A stretch of DNA of 64,000 nt from NCBI GenBank assembly GCA_002633005.1, contig NMRA01001000.1, forward strand, positions 1 through 64,000. Direction: 5' to 3'. Shown here piece by piece: positions 53,955 through 64,000 of this stretch. Under the pieces are notes generated by a model, which worked only from the letters and a program-made list of their open reading frames with translations, made no database searches and was not told where the DNA came from. Positions within the stretch are counted from its first letter, which is position 1, and every line of letters starts with the position of its first letter. Source of the stretch: Phoronis australis (taxonomy: Eukaryota > Animalia > Phoronida). Both the position numbers and the translations under genes were made by a program.

Positions 53955-54700
53955 AGAATAAACTCTAAAACCATCTTACACGCTGATGACATGCACAATT
54001 TTCTAGTATCCATTCCCGAAGGATTATCCTCAGCATTTCCTTCAATCTGAACTGGACATTCTGACTGGTCTCATTAATGGAGGAAGAATTTTAAACCTGA
54101 AAAAAGTGTTGATTTAACATTTTCCAAATCTTATCAACACAGACTATCACACAAATCACTCGATGAAGAAAACATTCCCAAAAACACACATAAACACCTT
54201 TAGTGTATTAAGTGGACGAAAAGTTCTCATTCACGCCTCACTGTTGTGTTGTCCAAAAGGTACAGAAGCTAATTAATCCAATCAAACCTCTGTTTCTCGT
54301 CGTCCTGACTCCGCGTATCTTGTAACTCATGATGAAAGGATCCAACACAATTGCGATGAATGAGGTCCTGAAAAGTCTCAACTGGAACAAACTAGCCACC
54401 CGTTGCAAACTTGACGCATCCATTTATACTTTTAAAGTCTAACAACTATTAGGATAAAATCACGGCTATTTGACTCTAACAAGCGGCCAGGCACTAGACC
54501 TGGACTTCGACACAGTATCTCGTATTCTATTCCACCATCCCTCAGCCAGGCATTTCGAAGATCCACAATGATGACTTGCATTGAAAAATGGAAATCTTTA
54601 CCATCTAACATGAAAGAAAGCACTGACCTCAGTTGTCACACTTAAGCAAAACTTCAAACAGGATACCGCTGCTTCAGATGTGCCAGAGCCCTCAACTTCC
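53955..54700 (+). mobile_element. Decayed CR1-type LINE RT/3' fragment (second copy ~58795-59650; older relic ~45090-45340)
   Basis: Peptides SKTILHADD, LQSELDIL..W...W...FKPEK, HKHL, HLDYCPIIY...LQYQAALAVTGA (second copy only), VLKSLNWNKLATRCK and IEKWKSLPS. Confidence 0.75.
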
Positions 54701-55202
54701 CCGCATTCATGAAATTAGCTTGTATAGATCAACATCTTATTGTGCCTTAACCGAGCGCTGGACTTGAAATTTAGACAATTTCTTTTCATGTTGCCTGGGA
54801 AATTTCCAGTCAGTTGCTCATTATCTTAGTTGACCGCACAGTAAAGGAAGAGCTTTTCCAGACACTTGAACAATACCCCGTTAACAACTGTTACTCTGAC
54901 TACATTGCGTAGTTTTTGATAAAATTGAATTCTTGCTGAATGTTTATAGAGTCCACTAACGATCGATATTTTTCTTGTCGTCGATTGCTGAATGACTATT
55001 CCGGCCTTAGCGGAATCATTTGCCTTAAAACACTTCATTTGAACACCGTTTAAACAACATGTAATCCTTCTTATTAATTAGCAAGATATGTACGTATGTC
55101 TTAAAATTGTCTGTCTATCCCGGATTATTAAACTTGCATTCCTGTATAGAACAACAAGGAATTATTTCTGCATCTGGTGTCCTTATTGTATCTCTAAATA
55201 TG

Positions 55203-55206
<4 letters not shown>

Positions 55207-55279
<73 letters not shown>
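55207..55279. repeat. (TG)n microsatellite at contig join
   Basis: Direct inspection. Confidence 0.97.
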
Positions 55280-55556
55280 NGGGGCGGGGCTATACATATG
55301 TAGCTACCCACTTATTTTAGTGCTGCGCCACCATGTTTGTTATTTGCGGGCATTCACAATATTTTTGTTCAATATTGATGAAGTTGCATCTTCAACACAC
55401 CATAACATCACGTCAGTGTCCTGTGCCTGATGTCATTTTATTTTATTACTCTATGTCAGTTTTTTTATAGTTATATAGATTTAAATACATATTTTCTGCT
55501 CGAAGTGTGATTTGTCTGTAAAGGTAATTGAAAAGTGTTTCTTTATGATCATGCAG

Positions 55557-55809
55557 AGATGAAGAGGGGGAGGAGTGTTGCGGAGGTGATGGAGTCGATG
55601 ATGAGCAGGTCCCACACCAGGTGCCATCGAGAAAGACGAAGCTGAAGGAAGAAAAGCGGGACTTCCAGCAGTGGTTAGCAAAGACCTTAAGTATATCAAA
55701 CACATATTTTTTTGGCGAAAACCTGATGAATCCTGTGATATATTTCCACCTAACCAAGCTGTCGCCTGGCATTATAGGGGGAATCATTAGTGGACTGATT
55801 TTCACTTAA
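55557..55809 (+). CDS. Extra intact copy of terminal exon 5 (allelic haplotype copy or alternative last exon of copy 2)
   Basis: Intact acceptor, open frame and stop; 6 amino-acid differences from 51163-51415; no exons 1-4 of its own. Confidence 0.5.
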
Positions 55810-58800
55810 ATGAGAAACAAATACCCCTGATTTGGGAGTATTTCAGTATCAAAAACATACTCATCTGTATAGTTTGTCCACTTAGTGGAGTTAGGTAGAT
55901 GTTCCTGTGGCGAGGAACACCAACCATAAGTTGGTTTTGGTAGACCTATTGAGGATAGAGAGCCTCAATTTTTGCAACTTTTAACCAGTTGTGGCTACAG
56001 GCCACTTATAGCCAGTAAAGTTGGCTAGTCTTGTTTTAAAATGTGCTCACAAACATCATGTTTTAAAGAACGGATTATGGGTCTTGTCTATAAAAATGTG
56101 ACTTTTTATTAAAAACATTTAGCTATGGGATTCATTGGGTAATGTTCTGCTAGTATCCCAGTAGGTGGAGCAACTGGACTGGTGAGCATCACTTTGTAGC
56201 GAAAACTGACTTGTATTGTACTGGCATCATCTGCTCATGTAACCACCTGTGGTTTATTCAGACGCAAACATGTAATGTCGGGCATAAAGCAATGCCATGC
56301 AACCATTTCTGATCATGACAACTGGGCTTTGTTCTGCTTTCATTACTCATAAATCGTCTCTCTGCCCTCATGTATTTTCACCGGATTCGCAAAATGTTGA
56401 TTTTCACCTTTTTGGTGAGCCAGGTGGTGGTCTATCCACCTGCGACTGGATTGTTGGAAGTTTGCCTTAAGCGAGGATAATTGTATTTGTTTGGCTAGGG
56501 TGATGCAATACCTCCACATATATGACACAATGTGTGCTCTTATTTTGTGTTACTGAATTCATTACACATCTCAAGGAATGATATTTCTTCTTGCAATAAA
56601 TTAATTTTCAGTCATTTGTTAATGTACTGAAATTTTTTCCTGTTATGTAATTTTGCAACTTTGTTATCTTTGTAGCTTTTACGAATTAAATTATCCATTT
56701 AAAATAAAGTGCTTTGCAACGACAACAACTCAGTTTTATTAAAAACCAAAACCAAATTTTCAAATTTGTGTTCTGTCTTTTTAATGTTCATTATTGCAAC
56801 ATTTTTATCAATTCTGATGGTTGTCTTGACTTGCTGCCCATTCTGTGGTAATGATGCCAGCCCTGTTCTCCATCTTGCTCATCGTTTTCAAGGGCCTACA
56901 ATTAGCAGATGCAGAGGGGGTGAACAGTGTGCATTTAATGCATTTCACCCAGAATGCCTGTTTGTGGTAGGGGGCGCAGCACGATTAGGAGGGTGTGTGT
57001 GGGCGTTGTCGGGGACATTTTGTAAACACGCCTTAAAGAACGCAATTTAAGGCCATATCGGCTTAGGTAAGTATTTTGCCATACAACAGCAAAAAAACGT
57101 CCTTCCACATGTACTTGTAGATGACAAAATAACATTTTGTGTGGAGAAAATAGAGGGCAAACCTCTTGCACAATAGTTCCTTTCAGATTCCCACGCGATA
57201 TTTCTCCATTTGACAAAACAAAAGATTCAAGTAGGAACTCCAAGTTGTGAGTTCAATCTATATTTTGTATTTCAAATTAGCTAAAATGTATCCTCTTATA
57301 TGGAACTGGCGTTGCTGTCCTGTTCCTTAGCAAGTGACAACACACCTGCAAATCTTTAATATGAGCAATTGGGGACCACTTGTTTTTTCAAAGGAAGTTA
57401 TTTTAAACTTAATTTCTCAGGGTAGTGATAAATATTCCACATTGTTTTGATTTCCGATTTTTCGTTCCTTCGTTTTAACACGTTATAGAGCATCAAATCC
57501 ACATCTATCAAGTATTACTTGGAAAACTTGGAGCTTATTTATAACTCAACTTTAAACCGTTAGGATTTAGATCGGATTGGCTGTGCTTGTAGTCGACCTT
57601 GCTTTGTTTATATCACATTTTCCGTATAAAGTATTGTGCGTGTATATCTTGCCATACCAAAATAAAGAATCGTGCTTTCTCCCGAGGAAACAAAATCGCT
57701 GAAGTGACGGAACAGTTGACAGGTCATTTTTTTGAAATTTGAAACTAAATGCTTTGACACAAACAGAAATTCAAAAGCTTTAGTAACAAACTGTAAAAAC
57801 ACTTGGTTAGCAGGTGAAATTCTGTTTCAGTGGAGAACCACTTTGAATAATGCAATTTAGTCTGTTTTTCACGTTCTAAGCCTCTTGAAAAGTCCGAGTA
57901 AACGAGACAAAAGTCCACATGAATTCTGCGCGGATGCGCAATTCCTAGGCCTGAACCAAGTGGCCCCGTTTTTTTTAGTCCTCGTTGATTTTTGTCAGTA
58001 AAAGGTCCGCATACCGAAAAGTTCGAGCCCCCCTATATTTTAGGCTGGGTGCGCACATGCTGTAAGGAATACTCTTTGTGTTTCAATGCTAAGTGCCCAT
58101 TCAAGTGACCATGCGCAGTGCTAAAAAATTAGTTGAAATTAGTTTGGAATCGTTTTTGTTTGAAAGTCAATTTTTCATGAGTGATGAGGTATAGTAGAAC
58201 TAAACATGGTTTTATTTTTCAAAACTTAATGTATAAATTGTGCTTTTGATTCGTGTTTTTAACTTTCTACTTCACAAAGTAACAAAATGTGAAGAATTTT
58301 AATTTTTTTGTTGTTACGGACATAGGCTACACTTGGGTCATGAAGTGTGAAGTTTCACTAGATCTGTTCACCCTCACAGATTTTTGAAAATTTAATTATC
58401 GTGCTTTTCAAATTCTAGGAGAAACGCGTTTATGGTACACAGTGGCCATGGTGACAGTTCTGCATTTCCACTTTCATACTTAAAACTTGATTTTGGTCCT
58501 GTTTGCATTGCTGAATTGTTCCCATGTACATTCCACGTTACTTATTGTGCTAAAATGTTGATACGGGTAGGATCGTTTTGACATGTTGAGATCACTTCGG
58601 AATAACAAGCTACCATGAAAATTTGTTTTTAAGAGATGGTATTTTATCTCTCTTCCAACTTCTGCTGTCATATCTTGCTTGTCGTACTCACAAAGTGCGG
58701 GTCGGTGGAGTCCTGTCACCCTCATCTTCACCCGGCTAGGTGAATGCTGGAGTACATAAATTATCAGGATAGCGCACTAGGCCATCTCCTCTCGGACAAG

Positions 58801-60181
58801 AATAAACTCTAAAACCATCTTACACGCTGATGACATGCACAGCAATTTTCTAGTATCCATTCCCGAAGGATTATCCTCAGCATTTCCTTCAATCTGAACT
58901 GGACATTCTGACTGGTCTCATTAATGGAGGAAGAATTTTAAACCTGAAAAAAAAGTGTTGATTTAACATTTTCCAAATCTTATCAACACAGACTATCACA
59001 CAAATCACTCGATGAAGAAAACATTCCCAAAATACACACATAAACACCTTTAGTGTATTAAGTGGACGAAAAGTTCTCATTCACGCCTCACTGTTGTGTT
59101 GTCCAAAAGGCACAGAAGCTAATTAATCCAATCAAACCTCTGTTTCTCGTCGTCCTGACTCCGCGTATTTTGTAACTTAGTCTTCAGGATTTTTGTACTC
59201 ACATTTAGATTACTGTCCTATCATATACATATACCAGTCAGGTATAATTCTCATTTAGACGTATTACAATACCAGGCAGCTTTAGCCGTAACTGGAGCCG
59301 TGATGAAAGGATCCAACACAATTACAATGAATGAGGTCCTGAAAAGTCTCAACTGGAACAAACTAGCCACCCGTTGTAAATTTCACGCATCCATTTATAC
59401 TTTTAAGTCTAACAAATATTAGAATAAAATCCTATTTGACTCTTACAAGCGACCAGGCACTAGACCTGGACTTCGACACAGTATCTCGTATTCTATTCCA
59501 CCATCCCTCAGGCCAGGCATTTCGAAGATCCACAATGATGACTTGCATTGAAAAATGGAAATCTTTACCATCTAAAATGAAAGAAAGCACTGACCTCAGT
59601 TGTCACACTTAAGCAAAACTTCAAACAGGATACCACTGCTTCAGATGTGCCAGTGCCCTCAACTTCCCCGCATTCATGAAATTAGCTTGTATAGTATTGT
59701 GCCTTAACCGAGCGCTGGACTTGAAATTTAGACAATTTCTTTTCATGTTGCCTGGGAAATTTCCAGTCAGTTGCTCATTATCTTAGTTGACTGCACAGTA
59801 AATGAAGAGCTTTTCCAGACACTTGAACAATACCCCGTTAACAATTGTTACTCTGACTACATTGCGTAGTTTTCTTGATAAAATTGAATTCTTGCTGAAT
59901 GGTTTATAGAAAACTTAACTCCACTAATGTTTCTTGTCGTCGATTGCTGAATGACTATTCCTTAGCGGAATCATTTGCTTAAAACACCTCATTTGAATAC
60001 CGTCTAAACAACACGTAATCCTTCTTATTAATTGGCAAGATATGTACAGTACGTACGTCTCAGTAAAAATTGTCTGTCTATCCATGATTAAATTTAAAAT
60101 GGCATTCCTGCATAGAACATTGGAATTATTTCTGCATCTGGTGTCCTTATTGTATCTCTAAATATGTACATTTACTGTAAA

Positions 60182-60185
<4 letters not shown>

Positions 60186-60226
<41 letters not shown>

Positions 60227-60231
60227 GTATA
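60186..60231. repeat. (AT)n microsatellite
   Basis: Direct inspection. Confidence 0.95.
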
Positions 60232-60686
60232 TTTGTAATATTTTGACGCCCAATGTTTCTGGTGCCCGGCCATTGAGCTCTCATTATTCTACATTTTGTT
60301 TTTCGTAATAAACATTATAAAAAAGTCCAAAACCGGGAAACTGAAGAAACTCGCCTGTGCATTACTTCCTTAAGTAAATGAGGCCTAGAGGTTTGTGACA
60401 ACACGAAGGAAACCGTGATGCCAATCTCGAGTCCAGCTACCTGTAATTTTAGCGTGGTGGAGCCGTCATTCCCCTTATTGTTGCAGAGAAAGTCCAAAAG
60501 ATCAACCGCTAGGGGACGTTGTATGTAAACAAACCGGAACTGAAAAGAGCAGACCCCACAAAACATCAAAACTCAAAAGCCCAGCTTGAAGATAAAGACA
60601 GCTAAGCAGCAGGGTTTTTGTTGCAGAGGAAGAAGTAACCGTCCTTTGGACCTGCTAAGATTAATTTTCACCCATCTTACCCACCA

Positions 60687-60699
60687 ATGGCCAATACAG
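60687..60699 (+). CDS. F-box/NuiA-like gene copy 3, exon 1 (MANT)
   Basis: ATG GCC AAT ACA G|gtacat. Confidence 0.7.
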
Positions 60700-61154
60700 G
60701 TACATGAAGTTCTGGGTAATACGTAGGCTACGTAGGCAATGACCATCGTCTCTGTTCGGGCCAACAGAGGCGATGGTCATTGCTTAGGTAATACGCAATG
60801 TAGCTTTTGTCGCATGTATTCCCATCATTCATCAATCAGAATCAGATACACTCCACCATTCCCTTACCGGTACTGCATTAGAAACTCTGCCCGTTTCGCG
60901 ACATCTTTGTCAGTAGATTTGTACAAGTCCCCTAAGCCTAACGTAAAAATTGATGTCAGGTACTATTGGGTGTAGTAAGCCAATATTAATGCATTAACGT
61001 TAACTTACGCGGCCATTAAACAACAATGAGAACACCCTACTCCCTAGCCAGGCCTAGAAATGTCTAAATTTGGCCGTTCCGAATGTTCGTCATATCTGAT
61101 AAATGGCGGATTGGGTTCATGTGAAACTTTCAGACACTGTGCTTTATGCACTGT

Positions 61155-61299
61155 CAGGGGCGGATCCAGGATTTTGAGTGGAGGGGGNAATAGCCAGGAT
61201 TTTGCCCGTCAGACATTTGCACCCCCGAACTGCCAAATGGAATCTGGGAGAATTTTAGGGGCGCCATGGCCCCCTTGGCCCCCTCTAAATCCGCCAATG
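61155..61299. mobile_element. CAGGGGCGGATCC-type MITE with 5-bp TSD (actgt)
   Basis: actgt|caggggcggat...atccgccaatg|actgt; empty site atgcactgttttcaa at ~46666 in copy 2. Confidence 0.85.
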
Positions 61300-61563
61300 A
61301 CTGTTCTCCAAAAGCAGTAAGGAATTATTGGCCCACTTTTACATGAAGGGCAAACAAAGGTTGGACTTTTATAAAAAAATACAAAACTGCATAAAATGAA
61401 AACAAAATGTTAACTTCGTAAAATGTAACATCATTTTGGTATCCTTAGATAATTTCCCTGATGTGTTATAGTTACATAATGTAAGCCAGAACATCCTGAT
61501 GGATGAATTCTCAATGTCCTTTACCTGTAGTGTGTAAGTTGACATTGTTTTCATTTTTTTCAG

Positions 61564-61951
61564 TTTCCATCAACGATTTGCCAGATTTTATTCAAGAAAA
61601 AATTTTCCTCAACCTTCACTTTAAAGATGTATTGATATGTACTCAAGTCTGCTCACAATGGAAAGATGTCATTGAAAACAACGTGTTTTGGAAGAGATTC
61701 ATTGGAAAATGGTTTGATGTCACAGCTTCAGACGAGCTGCTGAGTCAGAGTGTTATAAATTTCTGGAGAGACCCCGAGGCATTCGTTCCGTACTTTACTG
61801 ATGAGGGCGCTCCAAACTGCTGGGTGTTCAAACCGTATCCTGTGGTCTGGGGTTGTGGTGTCGCAGCCCCAAGGGACTTCTCACCAAATGAAACTGACAA
61901 CTCCAAAAGTGTTGCTGTGGCCCTGAGCAAGTTGGCTGTCATGTCCAAAGG
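61564..61951 (+). CDS. F-box/NuiA-like gene copy 3, exon 2 (F-box)
   Basis: INDLPDFIQEKIFLNLHFKDVLICTQVCSQWKDVIENNVFWKR; 388 nt with conserved splice sites. Confidence 0.92.
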
Positions 61952-62475
61952 GTAGTTATGCCATTGATCAGTTTGTGTATAAAATATCTGTGTGTCAATC
62001 CTTTGAAACTTAGACGCTTGCTTTAATGAAATTTCATTGAATTAAATAAGTGTGTAATCAAGAAAATTGAAGATTTTATGATAACACCCTAAGTGCTTAA
62101 ATGGTACCTTTTTGACCTTACTTTTAAGGAGAGTCATTATGTGTATTAGTAACATGAAAACTTTGACTATATACTTGACTACATGCATTTTTCGGTTGAT
62201 GCTACTTGAAGAAGTTTTTTATTTTGAAATTTGAAATAAAGGTATATCCAACCAGTGAAACTTTGGGGTATGCCACTGTTAGCATTTTGGAGTGTGCTTC
62301 ATTAGTATGTTATTGTTAGCATTTTGGGCAGATTGCATTAATATAATTCCATTATGGGGCGTTTTTCATTGACGATATTGGTGGCATTTTGGGGTATGTT
62401 TGGTTCATTGGCATTCCAACCTTGTTCATCAGTTTATCCATTTCTCTGCATAATCACTTAGATATTCTTTTACAG

Positions 62476-62578
62476 CATTTCAAAGTTTGAATGCATTGCC
62501 ACCGCATGCGGCACTGAAGGAGATGGTATTTTACAGACAATCCTGATGCCTTGGGATAAACAGTGTATGCCTAAACCT
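62476..62578 (+). CDS. F-box/NuiA-like gene copy 3, exon 3
   Basis: (G)ISKFECIATACGTEGDGILQTILMPWDKQCMPKP|gtgagt. Confidence 0.88.
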
Positions 62579-63417
62579 GTGAGTGATTCACACAACAATT
62601 AAACATCCACATGTTTAAGGGCTGATGTTTCAACTTGCATGTCAGTTAGTATATCCCCATATGGTGGACAATGGCACTGGATCAGAACACGGGGTCTGTT
62701 TCTATAGTGGCGAACGTTCTGCTACCTGACCGAAATTTGCGTGTGGCCATTAATATTATGTGTCTTTGTAAATTCCTTTAGCATAGAGAATGACTTGCTT
62801 GAAGCTAAGGACGAATTTTCTCTATTTTCATTTTTTAGCGAGATAATAACATTGATTTGCCTTCTTCAGGGATTCGATTTCATGTTGATGTTCGTCTTTA
62901 GTGACGATGTCAATGACAGTTGACTTGTCGAATCATTGCAACATCAGTCAGAATTGACTGTGTAGGTTGAGTTTGAAAAGTAGGTATTGTTTGTGATTAT
63001 CTGGGGATAAAGTGAGAATTGTTTGACTCCAATAATTAATTAATTATGCAACAACCATTGGTTAACACAAGTGAAGTCTGCTATTGTGATGTGTAACTGT
63101 GCCATGTTACACAGCCACCTAAAATTATAATAATTCTCTTACGTAACAATTGGCTTACAAAGACCACATGCTTTTGCCAATTCACATCATTAGCTGTCGG
63201 TTTGCCTTGAAATATGAGGTCGTCCACCCTTGTCATGACCTGTATCGTAAAATAGTAACAAACTGTTGTCCACAAACAAGTTTGTATTATGGAGTAGACT
63301 ACACTATTATGTACAGTGATAAAAATTTTACATACTAATCCCACAGATAAAATTTAATATTTATTTTGATGATGACGTGCGACATGGACAATCTCAAAAT
63401 TGATGTGTTTGTTTCAG

Positions 63418-63590
63418 GAAGACCTGGAGAATATCTTTCATATTAACCCCGAAGTCATGGATTATGACTTCAACTACAGCTATTCTGAACTTACTGCTTC
63501 ACTATTGTATGGCACGTTTGGAATGAGAAACCTTATTGGTCTTACCATCGATAGTGATTATGATGATGATGAGGAAGAGGAGGAGGATGA
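63418..63590 (+). CDS. F-box/NuiA-like gene copy 3, exon 4 (exon 5 expected beyond the window)
   Basis: EDLENIFHINPEVMDYDFNYSYSELTASLLYG...DYDDDEEEEED, ending GA|gtaagt. Confidence 0.86.
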
Positions 63591-64000
63591 GTAAGTGTAT
63601 GACCACCAGGTGTCGCTGAACAGTGTTTTGCTGTTTTGTGTAGTCAGAAGCCATCTTGAAGAGCAACACTGAACACTGAGGTCATTCTTTTATAAATCTT
63701 ACAAACAAGCACATAAACGAATAAACACATTACCAAAATATACTGTTTTCAGACAGAGCATCATATTTCAATTTTTTTTTGTCTTTAGTTACCTCAAAAA
63801 TGTCCTTTCTTGCCTGGTAATATCTCATCAATTTAGGACCTTGAAGCTTACAAGTGAAGTTTTATTTTCTCATTTTTGCTGAAGCATGTAACACTAAAGT
63901 AGTGCTTTACCATGTGGAAGCTGTGTAGCTTAGCTACCATACCACCTGACATTGTTATTATTATTTGCAGACATTCACAACAATATTGACAGACCTTGCA

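Larger units (their letters stand above)
50884..60170 (+). repeat. Near-identical tandem duplication (50884-55207 vs 55281-60170) joined by (GT)n and a single N
   Basis: Both units start ggggcggggctatacatatgtagc and end tctctaaatatgtacat. Indels include ~57380-57850 and ~59175-59300, present only in the second unit. Confidence 0.9.

Noticed and set aside
55088-55430. CV/HT-repeat ORFs (also 3387-3727)
   Set aside because: Translations of (GT)n microsatellites.
40710-55805. Conserved minus-strand ORFs (40710-40991, 51130-51411, 55446-55805; likewise 35552, 47121, 61745)
   Set aside because: Antisense shadows of the + strand exons, which carry the splice signals and the recognisable domains.

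Overview
AT-rich, intron-containing animal genomic DNA, probably a marine invertebrate (species not determinable). It is a draft assembly with single-N joins at 3511, 16184, 55280 and 61188 and a gap at 43371-43776. The left ~28 kb is mostly non-coding. It holds decayed retroelements (L1/Tx1, L2, RTE-like, Penelope-like RT+GIY-YIG), palindromic MITEs, a 28-bp minisatellite and one possible decayed ORF. A 2-exon Tctex1-domain dynein light chain gene lies at 28107-29678 (+). From 32.7 kb to the end is a head-to-tail array of three 5-exon paralogues (two complete, 308 and 309 aa; the third runs off the window), plus one extra copy of the last exon. The ORF track shows only fragments of these genes. 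Spliced by hand, they encode an N-terminal F-box fused to a C-terminal domain that by eye resembles the bacterial nuclease A inhibitor NuiA. The domain has a conserved loop Glu, an acidic tract and a C-terminal Thr, with a short patch that is hypervariable between paralogues. This F-box/NuiA-like array is the main candidate for an undescribed system. All homology calls are from motif recognition by eye; no searches were run.
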